From assembly GCA_026393835.1 (NCBI GenBank), contig JAPKZK010000038.1, forward strand, positions 185,988 to 249,987: DNA of 64,000 bases, read 5' to 3'. A program made the translations under genes and the position numbers. Shown here in pieces: positions 1-8,736 of this stretch (positions within the stretch are counted from its first letter, which is position 1; the number at the start of each line of letters is the position of its first letter). This DNA is from Candidatus Aminicenantes bacterium. Lineage in GTDB: Bacteria; Acidobacteriota; Aminicenantia; UBA2199. The notes beneath the pieces were generated by a model, which saw only the letters and a list, made by a program, of their open reading frames with translations, was not told where the DNA came from and did not search any database.

Positions 1-1090
1 ACATGGCTATAGCAAGAAAAGGATTCCGGTAATGCTGTTGGGGGGCATCTTCTTTGATGACTTTTTCTACCGAGCCGGGGATGAAGTCGCCGTAATTGGA
101 GAAAACAAGGCGTCCATTTTCGAATTCGACGGCATTGATGCGGCCGCATTTGGTGTAATCTTGATGGGCAATGCAGTTGTTGAGCGCTTCCCGGATAATA
201 AAGGGCTCGTAGGTGAGTACTTCGTCCGGGAAAAGGGTTCCCTCTTTTAAGTAGCGATATGTCAGGTTCCTGATTTTTGAAAAGACTTTGTCCACGGCGA
301 GTAAAAAGGGAATGTTTACGATCTCATAATCTTTTTCTATGTTATTTTGGTCTTTGAGAATCCAGCGGATTTTGGCGTCCGAGGGGGTAACAAAATGTTC
401 CGATTCTTCGCGCCCCAGGAGAAGAATAGCGGTTCGGGTGATTTTCCCTTTAATTGTAAGTTTGGCTTTATTGAGGAAGGTGAGGTCATCCCATGTATCT
501 GTTTCAAGGGCCAGTTCCGGGAATTTCCCTTTGAAGTTTTCCCTGGCCTTTAGGATTGCTTTTGGGTCAAGGTCTTCAAGTTCCGCATCCGGTATTATCA
601 TGGCGCTCCAGTCTTCCCTGGTTGCCTGGGACCGGATTCTTTCAATTTCTTCCAGGTTTAGCGGCGATAGTTCTTGGCCGTCGCGTCCGTAGTAATGGCC
701 GTCGAAAGCAATGGGGATGCCTTGCGGCGCGGCAGGGACCTGGAACATAACAACGCGACCTTCGGCCAGATTGAGTTCGTAGATTTCCATAAAGGTAATG
801 CGGTTTGTGATTTTATTGGCAATTTCGCTTTTGAGGCTGTCCAGGTCGGCCCGACTGGTTCGGAAGGAGCTGCCAATGATGGTTCGTCCGTTATCTTTTA
901 CGCCGAAAACAAGCCATGCGAAGGGTTGCCCTTTGAGGTTTGCTTCGTTGGACAGCGCGGAAAAATAGCGGCCGATTTTTGTGAAATCATATCCTCGATT
1001 TGCCTCCTTAAACTCAAATACTTCGTTTTCCGCTGGTTGATCACGAAGATCATTTAAGATAGGCAATAATTGTTCTTTTGATAGATTCAT
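1..1090 (-). CDS. AlbA_2 (Schlafen-like) domain protein with RecG-C/HATPase_c_4-type region; runs off window edge
   Basis: Manual translation (absent from the ORF track because no stop lies in the window): MNLSKEQLLPILNDLRDQPAENEVFEFKEA..SALSNEAN..WLVFGVKD..REALNNCIAHQDY..YRNPFLA. Confidence 0.8.
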   Translation of the reverse strand, partial: MNLSKEQLLPILNDLRDQPAENEVFEFKEANRGYDFTKIGRYFSALSNEANLKGQPFAWLVFGVKDNGRTIIGSSFRTSRADLDSLKSEIANKITNRITFMEIYELNLAEGRVVMFQVPAAPQGIPIAFDGHYYGRDGQELSPLNLEEIERIRSQATREDWSAMIIPDAELEDLDPKAILKARENFKGKFPELALETDTWDDLTFLNKAKLTIKGKITRTAILLLGREESEHFVTPSDAKIRWILKDQNNIEKDYEIVNIPFLLAVDKVFSKIRNLTYRYLKEGTLFPDEVLTYEPFIIREALNNCIAHQDYTKCGRINAVEFENGRLVFSNYGDFIPGSVEKVIKEDAPQQHYRNPFLAIAM

Positions 1091-1251
1091 ATTGTTTTCC
1101 TCACATCGATTTTTCCCGCCATTTCCACAAGGAGTTCCACGGTCTCCGCTTCCAATTCCGCAATGTAAGCCTTGATTTTCTCCAGGCCGCGGAGCAGGTT
1201 GCAGATGCTCCGGATAAAGTTTGCCATCTGGCTGTGAGATTGAACGGACAT
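1087..1251 (-). pseudogene. Internally deleted type I RM methyltransferase (HsdM-like) remnant, 54 aa
   Basis: RBS AAGGAG + MSVQSHSQMANFIRSICNLLRG (HsdM N-terminus-like) joined in frame to LEKIKAYIAELEAETVELL (HsdM C-terminus-like); ATGA overlap with the AlbA_2 gene. Confidence 0.6.
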
Positions 1252-1258
1252 TGGGTAG

Positions 1259-1359
1259 TTCTCCTTATCCAGCGTTTAAAAACATCCAATGCGGTATTAT
1301 AAACCATGTCCCCGCGATTTGCAAATAAACAAGTGTTTTAGCCACCAGGCAAATTTTTT
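1259..1359. repeat. ~100-bp direct repeat, copy 1 (copy 2 at 2434-2534); contains a minus-strand sigma70 promoter
   Basis: Near-identical ttatccagcgtttaaaaacatccaatgcggtattataaaccatgtccccgcgatttgcaaataaacaag; TTGCAA-17-TATAAT on the minus strand (1296-1324). Confidence 0.92.
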
Positions 1360-1428
1360 TACCCCTCCAAATGTTCCGGCACATCACCCAACCATTCTAC
1401 GCCGCTGGATTTATAGTGCGGATAGGGG

Positions 1429-2415
1429 TTATATTTCATCGGTGGCCTCCGTTTCCGCATTTCGTGCATCTAACATCGTCGCCCATTCATGCATTTTTTG
1501 TTTTAATAAGGCCCTGGAAATTAGTTTATGCTCATATTCGGCCACAAGGGCGGGCGAAAGTGTACGGCTTAAGGCGTATTCAACCACTTCATCATCTTTG
1601 TTGCGACATAACAAAACCCCGATACTAGGGTTCTCGTGCGGCCGTTTGCGGTCCCTATCAAGCGCTTCAAGATAAAAAGAAAGCTGCCCTATATGAGCCG
1701 GCTCAAATTTGCCTGTTTTTAACTCAAAAGCCACCAGGCATTGTAAGTCGCGGTGATAAAAAAGTAAGTCCAATTCAAAGTCCGTATTCCCCACCTGCAA
1801 ACGAACCTTTTCACCCACAAACGTAAAACCGTCTCCTAACTCAAGAAGGAACCGGCAGAGATTTTTAACCAGCGCCTCCCGTAAATCTTTTTCATGGTAT
1901 GGAGAGGGTAAATCGATGAAATCCAGCATATAACTATCTTTGAAAATACCGCCGACGTCCTGTGGTAATTCTCTCACCACTGGTGAGAGTTTTTGTTCGG
2001 CAAGCATGGTGCGCTCAAATGCCCCACTTTTAATTTGGCCTTCAAGTTCGCGTTTCGACCAGTGCGCCCAGGCAGCATTTTGTAAATAAAACATCTTTTC
2101 TTCCAGGGATTTACATTGAGCCATGATAATGCAATTGTTGGTCCACGATAATTCTCTCAGCAGTGCCGAGAGTTTTTCATTTCCATTATAGAGTTCAAAA
2201 AATTGCTTCATTCGCCATAGATTCTGGGCGGAAAAACCCTTTATATCGGGCGCTTTCCAGGCTAACCATTGCGCCAGCTCATTTACAACACCTTTTCCCC
2301 ATCCGGCATGGGCTACCTTGCTGGATAGATATGAACCGACAGCCCAATAAGTATCTATCAAAGCTACATTAATTGCACTATAGGCGTGAGAACGCCCTGT
2401 CTGAATGAGTTTCAA
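1429..2415 (-). CDS. YhcG/DUF1016 family PD-(D/E)XK nuclease
   Basis: GWGKGVV, GFSAQNLWRMKQF, LSWT, FKDSYMLDF, DLLFYHRDLQCLVAFELK, NPSIGVLLC; native ATG appears lost at the repeat junction, so a TTG start is used. Confidence 0.9.
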   Translation of the reverse strand: MKLIQTGRSHAYSAINVALIDTYWAVGSYLSSKVAHAGWGKGVVNELAQWLAWKAPDIKGFSAQNLWRMKQFFELYNGNEKLSALLRELSWTNNCIIMAQCKSLEEKMFYLQNAAWAHWSKRELEGQIKSGAFERTMLAEQKLSPVVRELPQDVGGIFKDSYMLDFIDLPSPYHEKDLREALVKNLCRFLLELGDGFTFVGEKVRLQVGNTDFELDLLFYHRDLQCLVAFELKTGKFEPAHIGQLSFYLEALDRDRKRPHENPSIGVLLCRNKDDEVVEYALSRTLSPALVAEYEHKLISRALLKQKMHEWATMLDARNAETEATDEI

Positions 2416-2433
2416 AACTTCAGAAAAATCCTT

Positions 2434-2534
2434 TTCTCTTTATCCAGCGTTTAAAAACATCCAATGCGGTATTATAAACCATGTCCCCGCGATTTGCAAA
2501 TAAACAAGAGTTTTAGGCGCCAGGCAAATTTTTT
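2434..2534. repeat. ~100-bp direct repeat, copy 2 (promoter-bearing)
   Basis: Matches 1259-1359. Confidence 0.92.
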
Positions 2535-2544
2535 CAGCTCTATT

Positions 2545-3855
2545 TCAAGAACAAAGCGGGAAAAGTGAAATCGCGTAAAGCGGGTAATTATAGGTTCTGC
2601 CATCCTTCCGTAAATTCAACAAATTGCTCCGCGATACCACCACGGGATCGTACTTCTCATTGTAAACCTTAAGACTCTTACTTAATAGGTTTAAGCCGGC
2701 TTTCGTTTCAAGCGGATATACCCGGTCATCCACTGAATACACGAAATCTACCTCTGCCTTGCCCTGGCTGCTCCAGTAAAAAAGATTCCCAGGTAGCTTA
2801 CTCCTTAACTGCTGCGCCGCATAATTCTCCACGAAAGCGCCGTAAAAATGTGTAAAAACTGCGTTTCCATTGATAAGCGTCGCCGGCGAAATATTCACCA
2901 TCGCCCCCAACAACCCGATGTCCAATAAATATACTTTAAAAATATTTTCATTGGCATAGCCCATAAGCGGTATTCCCGGCCTGGAAATATTGTAACATTT
3001 ATAAATCAAACCGGCGTCGCATAACCATTGCAATGCTACCTCGTATTCCCTGGCCCTGGCATCCTTCCGGACTACTGAGAATATAAATTTCTTGTTTTCT
3101 TTTGACAGGTGCACCGGGATGGATTGCCAAACCGATGTGATTTTCATGACTTCGGGGCTGTCCGCATGCTTTGTAAAATCAAGTAGATAGGTATCCATAA
3201 TATCTTTCTGGATTTTCCTGGCGGCGTCAAAACTCCTGGTTTTGCAGTAAACCGATACGGCTTCCGGCATTCCCCCGGTAAAATAATAATACTTTAATTG
3301 CTCGATCAATTCGACATGGAAAGGTTCGGGGAACGACTCGAAATCTTTATTCGCACTCTCGATTAATCCCCGTAGTTCCGGTTTCCCTACGGCGTTGAGA
3401 AATTCGAGGAAAGTCGCGGGGTAAAGGTCTAAGAAAGTCACCTGTCCGACAGGAAAAGATCTTTGTCTTCCCAACTTGATACCCAGCAGCGATCCGGCGG
3501 CGGCAATATGGTACTCTTTGGCTCTTTCATTGAAATACTTGAGAGAATTCAACGCATTATTCGATGCCTGGATTTCATCGAAAATAATCAAGGTTGACCC
3601 GGGTAGGACTTTTACGCCGCCCCCATAAATGGATAGACCCGTTATTATTTTCTCCTTATCGAACCGTTGGCTGAAAAGGGCATCAAGGGTTGGGTCATCC
3701 TCGAAATTAAGATAAATATAGTTTTCATATTCTTTTTTTGCGAATTCAAGGAGGATATAGGTTTTTCCAACCTGGCGGGCGCCGCGTAAAATAAGCGGTT
3801 TCCTTAGTTCCGAATGTTTCCATTCGATCAGTTGTTGGTAAATATCTCTTTTCAT
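2545..3855 (-). CDS. AAA_14 ATPase with DUF4143 domain
   Basis: GARQVGKT Walker A, IIFDEIQ Walker B, YLLDIGLL, EVDFV..PLETK; start reassigned to MKRDIY, 7 nt after TTGACT-17-TATATT. Confidence 0.9.
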   Translation of the reverse strand: MKRDIYQQLIEWKHSELRKPLILRGARQVGKTYILLEFAKKEYENYIYLNFEDDPTLDALFSQRFDKEKIITGLSIYGGGVKVLPGSTLIIFDEIQASNNALNSLKYFNERAKEYHIAAAGSLLGIKLGRQRSFPVGQVTFLDLYPATFLEFLNAVGKPELRGLIESANKDFESFPEPFHVELIEQLKYYYFTGGMPEAVSVYCKTRSFDAARKIQKDIMDTYLLDFTKHADSPEVMKITSVWQSIPVHLSKENKKFIFSVVRKDARAREYEVALQWLCDAGLIYKCYNISRPGIPLMGYANENIFKVYLLDIGLLGAMVNISPATLINGNAVFTHFYGAFVENYAAQQLRSKLPGNLFYWSSQGKAEVDFVYSVDDRVYPLETKAGLNLLSKSLKVYNEKYDPVVVSRSNLLNLRKDGRTYNYPLYAISLFPLCS

Positions 3856-4126
3856 GGAGGGTAATATAAGCTGAATGGATTGTAAAGTCAAGTACTCGTT
3901 CCGAAAAGGTGAGAATTTCCACGTTTTTGGAACGAGATTTGTGGGATTCCCCACGTTTTAGGAAGAACCCTGGAAACGCGGCCTGGAATGAAAATAGCCA
4001 CCAAGGCACAAAGGTTCACCAAGGGGTGATTATTTGAGTGTCCCTTAATCCATAAACGGGGAAAAAAAAGAAGGTGGGAAGGTGAGAAGGTAAGAAAAAA
4101 CATGACTGGAGGGGCTTGATTTATCG

Positions 4127-4194
4127 GTAGGGGCTTGATTTATCAAGCCCTTCACCGGCGTTCATCTTTGGGGTTTGATGAAATCAAACCCCTA
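4127..4194. repeat. GTAG-type REP-like inverted pair (BIME-like)
   Basis: gtaggggcttgatttatcaagccc ... gggtttgatgaaatcaaacccctac; related GGGCGAACAC..GTTCGCCCCTAC hairpins near 13344, 22144, 22350, 51837. Confidence 0.7.
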
Positions 4195-4361
4195 CATTGT
4201 CGCAGTATTCATGGAAGAGCAGAGAAAAATCTGTGTTAATCCGTGTAATCTGTGGACGAATGTTTTTTTAATTCGTGCCAATTCGTGTCATTCGTGGGCT
4301 GTTTTTCATCTCTTGTTTTCCCGATCTTTATATTTTATAATGAAGGCCCACGGAGGTTTTT

Positions 4362-7100
4362 ATGGCAGATATTGAAATCATCAAGGAAATGGAGAAGATA
4401 CTAAAGGTGCTGCTATTGCCTCTCAAATCCGGCGATATCAGTAGGAGCGGCAAACTCGGGTACTCCCTGGACGAAATGGGGGCGGTCACCGGGTTAAATT
4501 TGTACTCTCTTGCTATAAAGCCGGTTTTGAAGTATGTTGACCGGCTTCGCCGGGCGACCCGATTAAACCTATGGGGTTGCAAATTGGAACAGGGCGATAT
4601 TGGTTTTCTCCGCGGACGGTGCGATTTAACCTATTTGAATCTGGGCGCGAATCCCGGCATAAAAGATTTTTCCTTCCTCCGTGAGTTGAAGGGATTAACG
4701 TCGGTGAATTTGAGCTTTAATAACTTAACCGATGTCTCCTTCCTCCGTGAGTTGAAGGGGTTAACGTCGGTGTATTTGTGGGATAATAACTTAACCGATG
4801 TCTCCTTCCTCCGTGAGTTGAAGGGATTAACGTCGTTGGGTTTGCGGAATAATCAATTAAAGGATATTTCTTTCGTCGCAGACCTGGACCATCTGACCGA
4901 TCTCTACATCATTGATAACCCGGTTGAAAATCCGCCGCCGGAAATCGTTGACCAGGGCCTGGCCGCCATCCGGGATTACTTCCGCTCATTAAAAGAAAAA
5001 GAATTATGCCGCTTAAACGAAGTAAAAATTCTCCTGGTGGGCAGCGGTGGCGCAGGCAAAACTTCCCTGCTTAAACGCCTCGGCAACCTTGACTTCGATC
5101 TCAATGAAGACAAAACCCACGGCATCGGCATCCATACCATCGATATGGAAATAAACAATCCCGCTGGCGCCGGTTCACAATCCACCCTGATCCACGCCCA
5201 TTTCTGGGATTTCGGCGGCCAGGAAATTATGCACGCTTCCCACCAATTCTTCCTTTCCAAACGCTCCCTGTACATTTTAGTCGTGGACTCCCGCGAAGAA
5301 CAAACCGCGGAATACTGGCTCAAACACATCGAAACTTTCGGCGGCGGCTCCCCGGTGCTGGTGGTGATTAATAAAATCGACCAAAACCCCCACTTCGACC
5401 TGGACCGTAATATCCTCAGACGAAAATACCCCAATATCCTGGACTTTTACCGCATCTCCTGCCAAACCCGCGCCGGCCTGCCCCAACTCCGGGACGCCAT
5501 TAAATCCGCCATCCCCCAAACGGAGTTAATCAAAACCCCGGTGGCCGCCTCATGGATGAAAGTCAAATCCACCCTGGAAAACGTCACCAGGGACAAATGC
5601 TATATTTCCCACAACGAATTCCACGATATCTGCGGCAGCGCCGCCATCCCCACGGATACCACCCGGGAAACCCTGGTCCAATTCTTAAACGAACTGGGGA
5701 TCGTACTCCATTTCAAAGATTTCGAACTGCAAGAATACCACGTACTGAACCCCAGGTGGGTCACCGAAGGCGTTTACCGCATCATCAATTCCCCCTCCCT
5801 GGCGGCGCAACACGGGCTGTTGAAAAAAAACGAGCTTAGCCATATCATCAACGAAGAGAAAACAAAAACCTGCGTGTATATGCAGGAACTGGAAAACCGG
5901 CCCTATACCCCGGGGGAACAAAATTACATCGTGAAGTTAATGCAAAAATTCGAACTGTGCTACGTACTGGATGAGGAGATCATCCTGGTTCCCGCTTTGC
6001 TGGACACCAAAGAACCGCCGCTGCCGATGCCGGAGGAACCGGGCCACAGCCTGGATTTTATATTGACTTATGATTTCCTGCCCAAATCCGTGATATCCCG
6101 GTTGCTGGTCAAATTGCACAAAGACCTCGCACCCGGTCAAAGTTGGCGCACCGGCATGGTTTTGGAAAGCGATCTCTTTCACACCCGCGCGTTGATCCGG
6201 GCCGATGAAGTGGAAAAAACCATCGGCATCCACATCCGCGGCGGCCAGAAACGCGAACACCTCAGCGTGGTCCGAAGCGCCCTGCGGGAAATCAATAAAA
6301 GTTTCCAACAAATGAAAATCGAAGAACTCATTCCGTTACCGTTACCTCTACCCGCCGCTCTCCCGGACGACACCAGGGAGAAACACAAAGGCGCCGGCAA
6401 ATATGCGCGGACCGTATCTTACTCATTTCTTTTGGGTTATGAGCGGGAAGGCATCGGTGAATATTTCGACGGCGAAACCGGGCAGCGGTACCGGGTGGCG
6501 CAATTACTGGATTCCGTCGCACTGCCGGAAGAACGAAAACGGGAAGGTTTCGATATCGATGGCCCTAAAGGACGTTTCCACCGGTCGATGGATGATTTCG
6601 ATAGGCCGGGAACAGGGGCCCCAATAATGAAACCCGCGCCGGTCCCGCGGGAACGCCAGGAAGAAGACGCCGGTAGGTACAGGAGACTCAAGGAACTGGT
6701 TCCACGGATCGCCGCCCTGGAAAAACAAACAGCGGAAGCAAGGAAGATAAAAGACAACCTGGACGCCCGGGCCCGGAAACGTGTGCGCCTGCGTTATGCC
6801 ATCCTATTGGGGATCGATATCCTGCTTATTGCAGTTCTTTGCATTCTTTTATTTAATAAGGAATTGACATGGGGCGATATCGAGCCTTATACCTATATTG
6901 CCGGGCTATTGCTGTTTGCCTGCAACCTGGGTTACCTGATGATCAAAGGAAACAGTTTCAGCCTCACCTCTATATATAATAGAAACCTGGAGATGACGCG
7001 GGAGAATTCTTATCGGGAATATAATTTCGATGCAGCTAAGTTTGACGACCTGGAGAATGAATTGAGACAAGCAAAAGAGGAACAAGCCCGATTGTTGTAA
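4362..7100 (+). CDS. Roco protein: LRR - Roc GTPase - COR - C-terminal two-TM/coiled-coil region
   Basis: 22-aa LRRs, NPPPEIV cap, GSGGAGKTSL, FWDFGGQE, VINKID, LNPRWVTEGVY, WRTG; two hydrophobic helices near the C-terminus. Confidence 0.92.
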   Translation: MADIEIIKEMEKILKVLLLPLKSGDISRSGKLGYSLDEMGAVTGLNLYSLAIKPVLKYVDRLRRATRLNLWGCKLEQGDIGFLRGRCDLTYLNLGANPGIKDFSFLRELKGLTSVNLSFNNLTDVSFLRELKGLTSVYLWDNNLTDVSFLRELKGLTSLGLRNNQLKDISFVADLDHLTDLYIIDNPVENPPPEIVDQGLAAIRDYFRSLKEKELCRLNEVKILLVGSGGAGKTSLLKRLGNLDFDLNEDKTHGIGIHTIDMEINNPAGAGSQSTLIHAHFWDFGGQEIMHASHQFFLSKRSLYILVVDSREEQTAEYWLKHIETFGGGSPVLVVINKIDQNPHFDLDRNILRRKYPNILDFYRISCQTRAGLPQLRDAIKSAIPQTELIKTPVAASWMKVKSTLENVTRDKCYISHNEFHDICGSAAIPTDTTRETLVQFLNELGIVLHFKDFELQEYHVLNPRWVTEGVYRIINSPSLAAQHGLLKKNELSHIINEEKTKTCVYMQELENRPYTPGEQNYIVKLMQKFELCYVLDEEIILVPALLDTKEPPLPMPEEPGHSLDFILTYDFLPKSVISRLLVKLHKDLAPGQSWRTGMVLESDLFHTRALIRADEVEKTIGIHIRGGQKREHLSVVRSALREINKSFQQMKIEELIPLPLPLPAALPDDTREKHKGAGKYARTVSYSFLLGYEREGIGEYFDGETGQRYRVAQLLDSVALPEERKREGFDIDGPKGRFHRSMDDFDRPGTGAPIMKPAPVPRERQEEDAGRYRRLKELVPRIAALEKQTAEARKIKDNLDARARKRVRLRYAILLGIDILLIAVLCILLFNKELTWGDIEPYTYIAGLLLFACNLGYLMIKGNSFSLTSIYNRNLEMTRENSYREYNFDAAKFDDLENELRQAKEEQARLL
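4671..4868 (+). repeat. Three 66-bp tandem LRR-coding repeats
   Basis: tccttcctccgtgagttgaaggg(a/g)ttaacgtcg at 4671, 4737, 4803. Confidence 0.9.
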
Positions 7101-7693
7101 TAGCCACCAGGGCACGCAATTACAGTCGAATTCTTTTCTTTCGCGGGTAAACCCGGGGATATTCCGGTTTTCCTGTTCCGATTTGCCGGGAAAGTTCCAA
7201 AAAAAGCGGATTGCCGGGGAAAATTCTACAAAACATTCGGGCAATTCTGGTCGCTTACACGCAATTTGACAAAAAATTGCGCCCCACCAGGCGGCTGCTA
7301 TTTATTTGGCGCGAATGATACCTACAGCGTCGTCGGAAGCGATCTCAGGTGATGAAAAATGGAATATTCCACGTCGGATGGAGTTTTTTCCCCAAAAAAA
7401 TCCCTGCGGCCGCTTTTTATGGAGTATTTAACCGAAAAAAATCCCTGCCGCCGCTTTTTGCCGATCTTTTAGACTGAAAAAATGACAGCCGCCACGATTT
7501 GGGGTTCTTTTTCCAATTTTCCTCTTCACCGGTTTTCTTTTTCATTAACAATTAAACATTAATAATTGACAATTATCCCTTTTCCGCTTGCATAATAGGG
7601 CAGACACGAGGGGGATTATTTGAGTATCCCCTAATCGTCCCTCTTTTCATCTTTGTTTCTCCTTGTGTTCTTACATTCTAAAAAGGCAAAAGT

Positions 7694-7733
7694 AAGGTTG
7701 AGGGGAAAACGGATTTAACTTCCCCTCAACCTT
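7694..7733. terminator. Hairpin, probable terminator for the DUF2911 gene
   Basis: aaggttgaggggaa ... ttcccctcaacctt just past the stop codon. Confidence 0.55.
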
Positions 7734-7754
7734 TTCCTCAACCTGGGATTTCAA

Positions 7755-8621
7755 TTATTTTTTCTTCGTTTTCAATTCATCCAGCAATTTTTGGGCTTCC
7801 TTCGCGTACTCCTGCTGTTCTTGAGGAAGCGCTTTCCCAAACTGGGCGGCTTTTTCCAACATTTTGACGACCTCTGCCTCATCTTTCTTGTTCTTTGCCA
7901 GCTTCTGGTAAATCTTGGCCTTTAACAACATATTGCCATAACCGGCTTTAAGATTTACGGATAAATCGATCAACTCTTTGGCTTTGTCAACCATCCCGTT
8001 TTCAAAGGCAAATCTTGCAGACTGATACGGCGGTACCCAATACCGGCCCATGGTCTTCTCAATATTAGCGAAGATCATTCCCTTGGTGTCTACCTTAACG
8101 GTAAAACCGATCATTAATTTTTCCCAGTGCAGGACGACTTTGGCGGAATCCTCTGCCAGGTCGGTGAAAGCAAACATCATCCATTCACAGAAAGGGGCAG
8201 GCATGGGCTTTACTTTAATTCGCAGCACATCCTCGCTCTCTTTATATTCATAATCGCCCCAGATGTCGCCCTGTTTGCTGAAAATGACTACCCACTCTTC
8301 CACGCCGGGGATGGTAAAAAGACCATATTTCCCGGCGGCCAGTTTATTGCCCTCTATCATCACGTCATTACTGAACTCGATGGTGGTAGCGTTATTGGCC
8401 CCGGTCCGCCATGTTTTGTCATAAGGCACCAGCCCGCCCCAAATCACCCGCCCTTTCACGCCGGGACGGAAATAGTTGACGGTTATGTCGGTCAAACCGA
8501 CAACCTGAGTTACAGACGCCTTCTGACTGACAGTCGGGAATTTAATCTCCTGCGCCCAAAGGCCACCGGCCATCAGGCTTACAAATACCATTACTACTAA
8601 AATAAACGTTGCTTTTTTCAT
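7755..8621 (-). CDS. Exported DUF2911 family protein
   Basis: Signal peptide; SQKASVTQVVGLTDITVNYFRPGVKGR, LVPYDKTWRTGAN. Confidence 0.85.
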   Translation of the reverse strand: MKKATFILVVMVFVSLMAGGLWAQEIKFPTVSQKASVTQVVGLTDITVNYFRPGVKGRVIWGGLVPYDKTWRTGANNATTIEFSNDVMIEGNKLAAGKYGLFTIPGVEEWVVIFSKQGDIWGDYEYKESEDVLRIKVKPMPAPFCEWMMFAFTDLAEDSAKVVLHWEKLMIGFTVKVDTKGMIFANIEKTMGRYWVPPYQSARFAFENGMVDKAKELIDLSVNLKAGYGNMLLKAKIYQKLAKNKKDEAEVVKMLEKAAQFGKALPQEQQEYAKEAQKLLDELKTKKK

Positions 8622-8736
8622 TTATTACCTCCTTTAATATTTCTTTATACTACAGGGGATATACAGAAGTCAACTTTTCTGTTATTATTCTTTCTAAAAA
8701 ACTTTCAGTTTAAAAAAAACAAAAGGATGAAAGAAT

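Noticed and set aside
32-1057. Plus-strand ORFs in the track (and similar antisense ORFs throughout)
   Set aside because: They are shadows of well-supported genes on the opposite strand.
4671-4868. Diversity-generating retroelement TR/VR pair
   Set aside because: The repeats are tandem and in frame, differences are not adenine-specific, and no RT is present.
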